Shown: positions 32,197-43,992, numbered from the stretch's first letter. The stretch is 64,000 nucleotides of DNA from Calditrichia bacterium (GCA_963796965.1 CAWCNS010000007.1:384001-448000), one strand, 5' to 3'. Notes: generated by a model from the letters alone, not told the origin. Program-made: numbers and translations.

Positions 32197-33334
32197 TTAC
32201 AATTCTTCTGTTGCAAGTTCTGGTTCATTTAAAACACCGTTTGAATTTATTTTAGAGACTGAATCTCTTTCAATGAGTTTTGATTTCAGCACAATTTTCT
32301 GTGGCTTTTGCGTACTTCCATTAATGCGCTTCATGACAAGTTTCATACTTTCCTGACCAATCTCATAAATTGGTTGATGAACAGTTGTAAGGGAAACCGT
32401 ATGCCCACAGGTAGGTTGCAAATCATCGTAGCCAACCAGAGAAATATCATTCGGTATAGAAACATTCATCTCCTCAGCGACAGAATAGATAACATATGCA
32501 ATACGGTCATATCCGGCAAAGATAGCGGTAACGCTGTTCTTTTGTTTTAACAATGTACGGGCATATTGCTCATAGGGCTTTTCTGCATATGGCCCGCTGA
32601 ATATTTTTATTATTGTCGGATCAAGAGGAATATTATAGTCTTCTAATGCTTTTTTATAACCGGCAAACCGATCGCGTTCCGTACTAAAGCGATCACTGAG
32701 TGTAATTGCAATTCGGGTATGATTATTTTGAATCAAATATTTTGTTAATTTGTAGGCACCATTAAAATTATCACTGGTAACCTGATCAATATTTTCACCT
32801 CGTATACTGCGATCTGCTAAAACAACGGGTATCTGTTTATTAGTAAATTTCTCAACAATCTGGTGATTTTTATGATCTTCAGCCGCCGTTGGTACAAAGA
32901 CGACACCGCTAACATTGTGTCCAATTAATCGGTCGGCATGATAGTCAGCTTTCACATACAGATCGTCCGTATTACATAAAATCAAACTATGGCCACTTTT
33001 TGAAGATTCATCTTCTGCTCCACGAGCCAGAACTGGCGCATAACCCGTGCGAATATCAGGCAATAGGATCCCAATTATGGTCCTCCTGCTCTCTTCAGCC
33101 TGAGGATGGAGAACAAAAGTTCCTAATCGTCTTTTTTCGGGTTAAATAGCCCATATTAACAAGATTTTGTATGGCTTGTCGGATAGTAGCCCGGGCCAGG
33201 CCTGTCATTTGGGCAATCTCAGCTTCGGTAGGAATTTTATCATCGGGTTTAAAAACACCCTGATCGATCTGTTCAATCAACCAGGTTTGCAATTGGAAAT
33301 ATTGAGGAATGGGGCTATTTCTATCAATTATCAC
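32197..33334 (-). CDS. GntR-HTH / LacI-type effector-domain regulator (AraR-like architecture), frameshift near 33135
   Basis: N-terminal P.YFQL..W...I......DKIPTE.E......ARATIRQA (GntR); C-terminal SDNF.G, IP.DISLVGYDD, LTTVHQP..EIG, LIERDS (LacI sensor). Confidence 0.85.
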
Positions 33335-33344
33335 GTCGTTATCT

Positions 33345-33380
33345 CTATATGTCTAATTGTATAGACAATTATACATATAG
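33345..33380. promoter_or_regulatory. Palindromic operator overlapping -10/+1
   Basis: ctatatgtctaattgt-atag-acaattatacatatag: 16 bp arms with one mismatch; core TTGTATAGACAA resembles GntR-family GT.TA.AC boxes. Confidence 0.7.
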
Positions 33381-33396
33381 AAATTAAAATTGTCAA
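33368..33396 (-). promoter_or_regulatory. Sigma70 promoter, perfect consensus
   Basis: Minus strand TTGACA (33396-33391), 17 bp spacer, TATAAT (33373-33368), ~35 bp upstream of the regulator start. Confidence 0.85.
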
Positions 33397-33565
33397 CAAT
33401 TTTTATTTGTTATGATTATTTTGGGAATAAGAGGCGATGATCTATAGAGCATAGATGATATAGAGACGTCTTGCTGGTTGAACGCCCCGTTTTCGGTGAC
33501 CGTCTCTGCGTTTGAATAAGGGATATTTATTTAATAATTATATGAAATAAGCAGGTTAATTAAAT

Positions 33566-33940
33566 TCAAGTTGCTTTAATTAATTTTTTAAATGCTTCCT
33601 GCAATTTTTCACCCGTAAATGGTTTGATTACAATCCCTTTTGCACCCAGTTCAAATGCCTTGATACCGGTTTCTTTATCAGATAATGCTGTCACTACCAG
33701 AACTTTTGTATCCGGCTCTATCTTTAAAATCTCTTCAAGAACTCTCAATCCATCCAACTCGGGCATTGTGATGTCGAGGGTCACATAGGCCGCTTTCGTT
33801 TTTTTAAAGATATTTATAGCCTCCAGGCCATCTGCCGCAGAGCCAACAATCCTTATATTAAAATCGCTTAAATGTTTTTCGATTGTGCTTCTGATAATAG
33901 TCGAATCATCTACAACCATAAGTTGAATTTCATCTTTCAT
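33566..33940 (-). CDS. Single-domain response regulator (CheY-like)
   Basis: VVDDS, LDITMP.LDG, VTAL, IKPF. Confidence 0.92.
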   Translation of the reverse strand: MKDEIQLMVVDDSTIIRSTIEKHLSDFNIRIVGSAADGLEAINIFKKTKAAYVTLDITMPELDGLRVLEEILKIEPDTKVLVVTALSDKETGIKAFELGAKGIVIKPFTGEKLQEAFKKLIKAT

Positions 33941-34009
33941 GATGGCTCCCTTCAATCTATACATTGGTTATATATACACTATCCAGATACTTTCAATCCA
34001 CATGATTTT

Positions 34010-37000
34010 CTATTTCAATGGCAGATCTATTTTAAATATACAATATTTTCCCGCTAATGAGTCTATTTTAATATGCCCCTTGTGCTGATTAACTTTTTGT
34101 TTTATAATATCCATTCCTACCCCGCGACCAGAAGCCAGATCTATATTACTGGTGGTGGAAATACCAGGAAGGAAGATAAGGTCCCTCACCTGATCTTCAC
34201 TCATCTTGTCGATTTCCTCAGATTTGAATTTACCAGAATCTATTACCGATTTTTTTAATTTGCTTATCTGAATACCCTGACCATCATCCTTTACAGTAAT
34301 TTCAAGTTTCTGATCTTTGATTGCTGTTGATATTTGAATTTTCCCCTTTGCATCTTTTTTTAATTTTTTGCGATCCTCAGGCATTTCAATACCATGAGAG
34401 ACGGCATTACGTACAAGTTGAATCAGGAGATCTTTTACTAATATTCGATAATTATATGGGATATCGTTACCGGAAAATCCTGAATGATACAATCCGACAT
34501 CCTTTAATGCATCTTTGCTTATATGATCGACTAAATTCTTTATGGAACGAATAAGTAACTCATCTTCAAATTTTCTTTTTGGACGAAACTGATCATGAAT
34601 TCGACTCATTCTTTCAATAAGGTCATTTACTTCTTTTAAGGTATGTTTGATATAACTCAATTTCATTACAAGAGGAATGAAATCTGAGCCGCTGATTTCA
34701 GATTTTCCCTGTATTTCTGTTATTTTGTCTTCAAATTCATGGGCAATATTGGCAAAAAATTTCAGATCAAGTAAGCTCGCATTTCCTTTGATCATATGCA
34801 TAGATCTATAAACATTTTGTAGTATTTCTTGATAATTTTTTACGCTTTCATCCACCTTGAGTTCGGTTTTTACATTATGAATTTCATTTTCTACACTGAC
34901 AATAAACTCTTGCAGCATGGCGGGCTCTACATGCAATATACTTAGAAGTAATTCCATCTGTTTATTAGTTTGCTTTTCAGATGCCTCCAATTTTTCAGCC
35001 AGTTTTACCTGCTCTGTAATATCCTGAACGGTTGTAAACAAATTTACTTTTTTATCTGTGCCAAGGATCCTTCTAAACTTGAAATCGAGATACTTTGAGC
35101 TGGACCATGTATTGCCATTTTCATTAAAGTTCATTTCAATTTTTGACAGGGGATTTAGGTCGGTGAGAGTCACTTCATCAATATTATTTTCAATCATTAA
35201 ATTAAGGTATCTTTCAACAGTGGAAATATCTTTTTTCGATATTTTATCTTCAAGCATCTTTGTAAATTTTTTATGAGCCAGTTCTTCATCATTCATTATA
35301 TTTTCCAAAACCGACGAATATTGAGAACCTATCTCAAAATCTTCATTCAGGATGAAGAGACCCTCTTCTACATTTTCCATGATATTTTCGGATTCTTTAT
35401 ACTTTTCTTTTAGTTCCTCCGTTTTTTCATTAACTAATATTTCCAGTTTTTCATTTTGTCGACGCATACTGTTTATTCTAACACGATAGATAAAAAATAT
35501 TAGAGAAGCCGTTATGACGATCGATAAAAGCCTAAACCAAAGTGTTTCCCAAAATGGGGGATTTATAATAATTTGAATAGATGCTCCCTCATTATTCCAA
35601 ATACCATCATTGTTTGAACCGCGCACACGAAATATATATTTTCCCCCGTCAAGATTGGTATAACTGGCAAATTTTCTGTTCCCACTTGTAATCCACTCCG
35701 TATCAAAACCTTCTAATTTATAAGCATATTGGTTTTTTTCAGGGAATGTGAAATCAAGTGCAGCAAATTCAAATGAAAAGAAGTTCTCCTTGTAGGAAAG
35801 ATCAAGGCGATTTATTTCTGTAATGGATGTATCAAGTACAACTTTTTTATTAAACTTTTTAAACGCAGTTAATACAACAGGAGGGATATGGGGATTACTC
35901 TTTATTTTGTTGGGATCAAACGTATTAAATCCATTTTTACCTCCAAAGAGGATTTCTCCATTTTTACTCTTGAAATAGGCGCCTGGATTAAATTCATTGC
36001 CTTGGAGGCCATCATTAACATCATAGTTTAAAAACGTTTCATCAGTAGGATTAAATTTGGATAGTCCTTTATTTGTACTTAACCAAAGATTTCCTTGATC
36101 GTCATTAACGATGCCGTATACAACATTGTTAGGTAGCCCATCATCTACCGTATAATGCTCAAATTGTTCACTATTTTTATTAAATTTATTTAACCCGCTA
36201 TTGGTGCCTAACCATAAAATGCCCTTCTCATCTTCATAAATTGACCAGACGCGGTTGTCACTAAGACAATTTGGATCGTTTGGGTCATTTTTATAATGAA
36301 TAAATTGATTCTTTTCAGAGTCATATTTGTTTAATCCAATATAGGTTCCTATCCAAAGAGTATTATCTTTGTCTTCAAGAATTGATATTATTCGATTATT
36401 ACTTAAACTTTTAGGATCATCCGGGTTATGATAAAAATGAATGAATTTGGATGTGGGGCTGAGATTATCATCAATTACCAATTTATCTAATCCATTGTAG
36501 GTTCCTAACCAAAGATCGCCTTTATTATCAACTTGAAGCGCTACGACTATATCATCACTAATACCATCAGGATTTGAAGGATCATAAGAAAAATGGATAA
36601 AACTACGTGCCTTTTTATTAAAACAATCCAAGCCACCGGATTTGAATCCCAACCAAAGATTTTTATTATGATCCTCCGTAATCGCCCATACACGATCATT
36701 GCCCAGACTTTTTTGATTATCAGGATCATGAAGATAGTGCGAGAATCTACCGGACTCTATATTTTGTCTATTAAGTCCCCCTTCTGTACCAATCCAAAGT
36801 TCTCCAGAATTGTCCTGGTATATTGCATATACCTCATTATTTGAAAGACTAAACGGATCTTCCGAATCATATTTATAGCTTCTGAATTTCTTCTTATTTA
36901 AATTTACTTTATTGAGTCCCCCACCCTTGGTACCCACCCAGATAAGACCGGAATTATCTTCGAAAATTGGTTGAACACGATCATCACTAAGACTATTTGG

Positions 37001-38060
37001 ATCATTAGAATCAAATTTATAAGATCTGAATTTGCCAGATTTTTTATCCAGAACATTGACTCCCCCACCTTTTGTCCCGATCCAAATATTACCCGATTTA
37101 TCCTCAATTAGTGACTTAATTTCATTTGAACTCAAGTCTCTTCGGGTTACGCTCATCATGCAAATATCGAATAAATTGTTTATTCGCGGGATTATATTTA
37201 TTCAATCCCTCAGCTGTGCCTATCCAAAACTGATTTGAATTATCTTCATATATAATGTTAATTTCATCATGAGATAAACTGGAAGGTTTATCCGGGTCGT
37301 TCTTAAAATGGCTAAAGTTATTTTTTTCATGATCGAACGCATTGATTCCCCCGCCCTTCGTTCCAATCCACAAAGTACCTGCATTATCTTCATATATACA
37401 AGAAATCTTATTATTACTTAGACTATTTTCATCTCCTGGTATGGCGTGATAGCGGATAAAGACTGAAGAAGTATTCTCAATCTTATTAAGTCCATCGTCT
37501 GTACCGACCCACATCACCCCATTTTGGTCCGCATAAAGTGAGCGTACCCGATTTTCACTGAGACTTGTTGGATCAGAAGGATCATGGAGATATCGTTGAA
37601 AATGATCACTTACGCGATCATATTTATTCAGCCCATTAAAGGTTCCAATCCAAATTGTACCGGATCTATCTTCAATAATGGAATAGATATGGTTATCAGA
37701 CAGAGATGTTGAATCAAAAGGATCGCTCTTGTAATGGACAAAACTGTAACCATCATATTTATTTAATCCATCCTTTGTTCCGAACCATAGATATCCTTGG
37801 CTGTCCTGTAGAATCGCATATATAGAACCTTCTGATAATCCCTGCTCCGTCGAGATACGTTCAAAACTGATTTCGTCTATTTGTGCTTGAACCCAGGATA
37901 ATTGTGATAGGAGAAAAATAAATAGATAACCAAAAAAATGATGATAACCTGTTCCTGCAGATTTATTTAAAAAAATAGAATCCCTATTATAGTTTCTGTG
38001 ATTGCTATATCCGATCGATCCAAATAACTTCAATCCCTTGGATTTTTTCCAGGTCCGCAT
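34010..38060 (-). CDS. Membrane sensor kinase: Reg_prop beta-propellers, Y_Y_Y, TM, PAS-like, HPt and CheA-type HATPase; frameshift near 37150
   Basis: ~20 I.ED..G.LWIGT..GL repeats; Y.YKLEGFD.EW..ASYTNL..GKY.FRVRGSN.DG.WN; PPFWETLWF TM; RSMHMIKGNA HPt; LVRNAVSHGIE, DDGQGI, SGRGVGMD. Confidence 0.85.
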
Positions 38061-38235
38061 TTTCTTGATCCTTTTGGATAAGATTTGTGCTATTATTTGT
38101 ACTGGTATTAAAGATATATTCGGCAGAAATAAGAAGGATTTAAGATATATTAAAAATTCAATATAATAAACAGTGAGAATTAGAGGTTTATAACAAAATT
38201 TAAAATCCCCTCCTCAAAATAAATCATGGGTAAGA

Positions 38236-38285
38236 AAAAATATCTCCAGAGACAATATCATTTTAAATAGATGTCTCTGGAGGTA
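38236..38285 (-). terminator. Probable intrinsic terminator after NIPSNAP gene
   Basis: Stem tatctccagagaca / tgtctctggaggta, followed by a T-run on the minus strand. Confidence 0.6.
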
Positions 38286-38297
38286 TTTAGCAGTATT

Positions 38298-39095
38298 CTA
38301 AATTTGAGAGAAAGAAGCAGGCTTCAATATAATATCTGTAATATTTGAAACGGTATCTTTATATTGTGCATCTGCCTTAAGCTTTTTCCATTCCGGGCTA
38401 TTGCTAAATGCGCCCCATGCTTCTTTTCTCGTATCCATATTCTCAAATACAACCATATAGGTCAGATTTGGCATTTTTGGTCCAATAACGGTCTCACCAA
38501 AAAATACAGGCTGTAAACCTTTTTTACGAAAGAGATCGATTTCTCCGCCTTCATTAAACATTTGGATTTTCTTTTTTGCGTATTTCTGACTATGACTCTC
38601 ATAAATTCTTAATTCATACATCCGTGATTTATCCATCAGATTGACAGGCTTTTCAACTTTTGGCATATCCTTAAAAGCAACCATCAAGGATTTTTCCATT
38701 CTTACATAGGCCGCATCTGATAATGGCATGTTTAAAAAATCTTTTCCCGAAGAAAGATATTCCTTATCCCCCATCAATTTTGCAGGTGTATCCAAAACCG
38801 AGGATAGAGTGGGATGCGGTATTAGGACATATAGGTTGGGATCATTTGGTCCATGGGTAACGGTAAAAACACCGATGCGATCAAGCCCACAGCGATTCAG
38901 AGCAGGAATCGCCACATCACGATAAAAGTTACTGACAAGATTCTTTTTCTCACCTACATGCAGATGATACTTTATTAACTCAAGATATTCCCTCTTGTCA
39001 TTAGAATCTGGCACATTTAACGATCCGGCTGCCATGGATGAGAGAGGCACGATACCCAATGCTCCGGCTGTTTTTACAAAATTTCGTCTTTTCAT
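38298..39095 (-). CDS. Tat-exported NIPSNAP-family protein
   Basis: MKRRNFVK Tat signal; YELRIYES, MFNEGGEI..F...G..PVFFGE, PNLTYM, W..F...PEWK. Confidence 0.85.
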   Translation of the reverse strand: MKRRNFVKTAGALGIVPLSSMAAGSLNVPDSNDKREYLELIKYHLHVGEKKNLVSNFYRDVAIPALNRCGLDRIGVFTVTHGPNDPNLYVLIPHPTLSSVLDTPAKLMGDKEYLSSGKDFLNMPLSDAAYVRMEKSLMVAFKDMPKVEKPVNLMDKSRMYELRIYESHSQKYAKKKIQMFNEGGEIDLFRKKGLQPVFFGETVIGPKMPNLTYMVVFENMDTRKEAWGAFSNSPEWKKLKADAQYKDTVSNITDIILKPASFSQI

Positions 39096-39116
39096 TCTAT
39101 ATCCTTTCAGAGGTTA

Positions 39117-39645
39117 TTCACGATTTTGTCCACTAATTAGACGAATTACTACGAATTTCACGAATTTTATTATAGATGATACGATAATATAATTTAGAGC
39201 AACTCTAATCGTCTATTACCCTTCAATTTTATTATTTCTTTGTCTATTTTCCAAAACAGAACAACAACCTCGTAGAGGTTCTATTATTGTAGATAAATAA
39301 TAGAACCAATAATGCATATTCCTCGTAGAGGATTAAATGTTTTGGATGGTTAGAACGCGTATAAAAATATTTATTAAATACGAATTGATTTTTATTATTA
39401 TAAATTTGCTGTTCACATCAATAATGCATCCTCTACAAGGATGAATCAACTAATTGTTTATACTACAATAATTTAGCCTCTACAAGAATAAATTATGGGA
39501 TATCTTGTATTATTTCACTTTAACAATAAATTATGTTTAATTAGGGCTGCCCGTATTTAAACTTAAATTAAGTAAATATTAAGTTAGAATAATCTTTTCT
39601 AAAACTTTATCTGTGAAATTCTTAAAAATCAGTTTGATTCGTGGA
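39117..39645. repeat. Nested inverted-repeat structure (three families)
   Basis: Outer acgaatt repeats / attcgtgga; middle ttagagcaactctaa (39194) / ttagggctgcccgta (39541); inner cctcgtagagg x2 (39268, 39321) vs cctctacaag x2 (39430, 39477). Confidence 0.65.
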
Positions 39646-39652
39646 TATTTTT

Positions 39653-42485
39653 TTAATCTGCCATATAAGATCGATGGAGTAGATCTATTGGGTGAACGGT
39701 TTTGATACCTGTGCCCTTTAGCAACTGAATTTGGCAGGTGCCGCATCCGGAAACAAGTAATTCCGGTTTGGCTTCTTCGATCTGCACAAATAAGGATTTG
39801 CCTATATCCATAGAAAGTTCATAATTTTCTTTTTTCATTCCATAGGTACCGGCAATACCACAACAGACTGTCTTCCACATCGATAAGTTCTAATTCAGGA
39901 ATCAATTTAAGTAAATCTGTCGGGCCATATTCATTTTGCTGCGATTTTAAATGACAGGGTTCATGGTAGATAATTTGCATAGGTAATGGAGAAAATTCAT
40001 TTTTGAACTCCCCCCTCAGATATGATTGCATCAAAAAATCATGAACATCATGGGAGGAAGCGGCAATTTTTTTGATTATGCCATCTTCCGGAAAGTAATT
40101 TTCATATTCATCTTTAAAGGCATACCCACATGAAGCACTGGTAAAGAGTATGGGAATATTTTGTTCCGCAAAAGGCAGCAATGTCTCTTTGTTATACAAT
40201 AAATCATTTTCAATAGCTGAAAAATTACCATAAGTTATCTTGGCGATATTGCAACACTTCCACTTTGGTACAATAACACGATAACCTATTTCTTCTAAAA
40301 AGGCGACACTTTTTTGATGTTCACCAAGAGGATCATTATACTGGGCGGCGCATCCACTCCATAATACAACTGCTTTGTGAGGGTCAATTTTTCCTCCAGT
40401 GAGTGGACTCTTATGTATATGTGAACGCTTGAAAATAGGAAAATCGCGCCGTTTGTCAATTCCTGAGACCTTATCCATTACGTATCGGGTGCCCTTGAAC
40501 TTTAATGCTGCATTGGTTAATGGCGCTGTGGAGGCGGCAATCTTGCTGACAAATTGACCATTCTGCAACATTATTTCATTAAGTTTATAAGGTTTTTTCT
40601 CATGCAATTTTTCCTTTGCAAGAACAGCCATGCCCGGAATATCTACGGCCGTTGGGCAATCAGTGAGACATTGTCCACAATTAAGACAATAGTCCATTAT
40701 CTTGAAAAAATGATCTGAATCAATCTCATTCTGATTAATTTTACCTGATATCAATCCACGAAGTATATTCAGCTTTTGCTCTTGCAGTAGCCTCTTCTTC
40801 TCCGGTTGCTTTGAAAACGGGACAATATTCACGACACGTGCCACATCCATGACATTTCTCTATCTCTAAGCGCCATTTTTCCTGATCCAACCGCGAGTTG
40901 ATATCAACATACTGTATTCGCCATTATAGCGTAGATTATCCGTCCATTTCGAATCATCGACCGGTACAATGATTCCGGGATTCATCAGACCTGCAGGATC
41001 AAAAAGATCTTTGATTTCCTTGAAAAGGGGTACCAAATCAGGAAATTGTTTAGACAAGAATGGTGTTCGGAGACGACCATCACCGTGCTCACCGGTCAAA
41101 GTCCCTTCATATTTGTTAACCAGATCAACAAAATCTTCAGTTAAGGCTTCAATTTGCTGAATTTTTCCTGGTTCCTTCAAATCTACAAGGGGACGAATAT
41201 GTGAATTCCCATCTCCGGCATGCCCGAGGACCACATAGCGTTGATTATATTTTTCAAATAATTTTGATACGTCCTGTAAGAAATCCGGAAATTTTTCAGG
41301 ATGGATGGCTGAGTCCTCAATGAATGAAATCGGTTTATACTTCCCTGGTATTTTATTTAATACGCCTACCCCAACTTTTCTTAACCTGAAAATACGATCG
41401 ATTTCAGACGCGTCAGTGGACGAAGCACCCATTTCTCCAAGTTTTTGCTGGTGAATAATCTCATTTTCAGCATTTCTTAAAGACTTCTTTATTTCTGCCT
41501 CAGAATCAGATTCAAATTCAACATAGAGTAAATAATTTACATCTTCTGGTAAAAATTCTCGCAATTCAGGTTTAAATGATGAAGCAAGTTGTATAAATGT
41601 TTTATCTACAAACTCGAGAGCAGATGGCTTCATTTTTCTTAGCATCTGTACGGCTTTTCCCATATTCTGCAATTCAGAAAAATACAGAGAGATCATTCCC
41701 CGATGCTGCATTTTGGGAATTAATTTCAGAACAGCCTCGGTAAAGACACCAAGGGTCCCCTCGCTCCCAACCATAAATGAGGCCATATTTAAATATTCAG
41801 GTGTGAGTATATCCCAGACCTGATACCCGGTGGCACTTTTTGTGACCTTTGGGCGGTTTTTCTCTATGGCCGGTTGATATGACTTAAGCAGTTGGTGTAT
41901 TTTCTCATAATAAGGCCTGTGAAAGTCATCGAGTAAACCTATTTCATCCAATTTAATGTTTTTTGCCTGGAATCGTCTTCCATCAGCAAGTAGTAGGGTC
42001 ACTTCGTCCACATGTTTATACATATTACCATGCAATAGCGTGTGGGGTCCGCCACTATTATTCCCCAACATTCCTCCGATGACACAGACATTTCCACTAC
42101 TTGGATCTGGTGCAAATATTAAATCTGACTTTTTTAATTCTGACTGCAGATCATTAAGAATAACGCCAACATCTACCCTGGCCTGCTTATCAGAAAGAAT
42201 TTCAATCTTTTTAAAATGTTTAGTCAGATCAAGAATAACTGCTTTACCAACAGAACTTCCCGTTAAGCCTGAACCACCGCCTCGCGGAAGGACCGGCACA
42301 TTATAGTGATGGCAAATTTCAAGGGTGGATCTTATATCTTCTTCAGATTCCGGAATCACAACTGCAAGAGGTGTGATTTCATAAATACAGGCAGCTGTGC
42401 TGTATATTTGAAGAGTAACCGGATCCCAGCGTACTTGTTCACCCAGTTTTGTTTTTAAGGCTTCCTGCCATTTCTCCATGTGCAA
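39653..42485 (-). CDS. FAD-linked oxidoreductase with 4Fe-4S and CCG domains (GlcD/YdiJ-like hydroxy-acid dehydrogenase), ~3 frameshifts
   Basis: PRGGGSGLTG, PDPSS, GSEGTLG, GHAGDGNSH.RP, GEHGDGRLR; EKCHGCGTC..YCPVF in a shifted frame; CLNCGQC..DCP; YHEPCH; CCGIAGTYG. Confidence 0.85.
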
Positions 42486-42600
42486 ACTATCTCCTTGTGC
42501 TATTTTTTATCTCACCCAGCGACGCTCCGCTCACTTAAATAATAAATCTATCTTTGTTAACTGAGTGACTTCCATGTGTGTTTTGTGTCTATTTTATTCC

Positions 42601-42726
42601 TCGCGCAAAGACGCAAAGCCGGCAGGATTTTATTATATTAACTTCTAAAAAGATATAATATAAAAATTTTTTATTGTTAGTCCACTTTTTAAAATACTAA
42701 CCTTTCGTCTTAGCGTCTTTGCGAGA
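42601..42726. repeat. CGCAAAG / CTTTGCG inverted-repeat element
   Basis: tcgcgcaaagacgcaaag ... cttagcgtctttgcgaga. Confidence 0.65.
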
Positions 42727-42731
42727 ATTGA

Positions 42732-43949
42732 TTAATGATCGCCCATCTTCGAATTCAATCGCGAATGCCGATGTGTGAATCTCCCCTTTACTTCTTGTAA
42801 CCCTTCTTTCACATCAGATATTTCATCCATTAATTCCAGGTATCTGAGAGCGCGGTTGGTAAAGTCCAATGCTTTAGAGGGAGAACCGCCTTTATGTTCA
42901 TAAAATTTTGCTAATTCCTCAGTAGCAAATAATATCTCCACGCCCCGATCAAGAAAACTATGCCAAATATCCAGAGATTCCTCTAAAAAATTCTTCCTTT
43001 TTAAAACCAAACTATATTTTTTCAAATAGGGTGTTGGTATTTTCATATAATATGATTTTAATTTATTAAGGATCGGATTGATCCGCTCCATATCTGCTAT
43101 ATCGAGGGCAACTTTAAGCATAGAATATAACTCTACATGGGATTGATTCTCTAAAAGGTTCATATTTTCTATATGATGCAAATGGAATAATAAGCGGCTT
43201 AATGAGATCAGATCTTGTTGATTATGATCTATAATGCGTTTTATTTCTGACAATTCACCACTATCGATATAAGAAAAATAAGCCTGGGGTATTAAAGCAC
43301 CATCTATATCATGGTAGCGGCTAAAGAGGAATATCTCTTCTTCGATGGTACCGAGGGAACACGATGGTAATGTCCCTTGCCATAATCTGCGGGCTAAATG
43401 TAATAAATCCAGATGTAAAAAAGAATCAAATGGATTATCTACCCGATTCATTATGAGACGATTCCTCAGCAAGGGATAGTCAAATGATTTACCATTATAG
43501 GTTAATAAAATACTTTTATCTTCCAAAATATTGCGCAGGTCTAAAAAGGCGGTTATTTCCCGACCAAAATCCGGAAGGAAGTATTGATAGAGCCTTATCC
43601 CTCCCTCCTCAAACAATCCAAATCCAACCAGAAAAGGGTAGGTCCCCGTTCCACCGGCAAGTCCCGTCGTTTCAAGGTCAAAAATCAAAAGATTTTTAAC
43701 GGGGATTTCTTCGGGAAAATGTTTTTTTGTCAATAGGGGCAGCGAAACAGCGGGAGGATTATCTCCTTTCTCGCTCGGATCAATATCAGAAAATGGAAAG
43801 AATTTTTCTATTTTTATCACAGGCAAGGTATCAGGTTCAATTATTTCTCCCCCCAAATGCGCCGCCATTTGTTCATAACGCGGTACCCTCTCCGGAGGCT
43901 TTGGCCGGGAATCGGTCTGATAGTATTTTAATTTATCTCGTAGATCCAT
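42732..43949 (-). CDS. mrfB: RNase H-like exonuclease with C-terminal TPR-like region (YprB/MrfB-like)
   Basis: FDLETTGL.GG.GT..FLVG, TYNGKSFD.P.L, HLDLLH.ARRLW, HN.QD; downstream of DUF1998 helicase. Confidence 0.75.
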   Translation of the reverse strand: MDLRDKLKYYQTDSRPKPPERVPRYEQMAAHLGGEIIEPDTLPVIKIEKFFPFSDIDPSEKGDNPPAVSLPLLTKKHFPEEIPVKNLLIFDLETTGLAGGTGTYPFLVGFGLFEEGGIRLYQYFLPDFGREITAFLDLRNILEDKSILLTYNGKSFDYPLLRNRLIMNRVDNPFDSFLHLDLLHLARRLWQGTLPSCSLGTIEEEIFLFSRYHDIDGALIPQAYFSYIDSGELSEIKRIIDHNQQDLISLSRLLFHLHHIENMNLLENQSHVELYSMLKVALDIADMERINPILNKLKSYYMKIPTPYLKKYSLVLKRKNFLEESLDIWHSFLDRGVEILFATEELAKFYEHKGGSPSKALDFTNRALRYLELMDEISDVKEGLQEVKGRFTHRHSRLNSKMGDH

Positions 43950-43964
43950 TATATTTCATTTTGT

Positions 43965-43992
43965 GTAGTGGACGTTCGTGAACGGCCACTAC
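43965..43992. repeat. GTAG-type REP-like palindrome
   Basis: gtagtggacgttcgtgaacggccactac. Confidence 0.6.

Noticed and set aside
34010..35400. Calling the kinase cheA of a chemotaxis operon
   Set aside because: No CheW domain and no MCP/CheW/CheR/CheB genes; it is membrane-anchored with its own sensor
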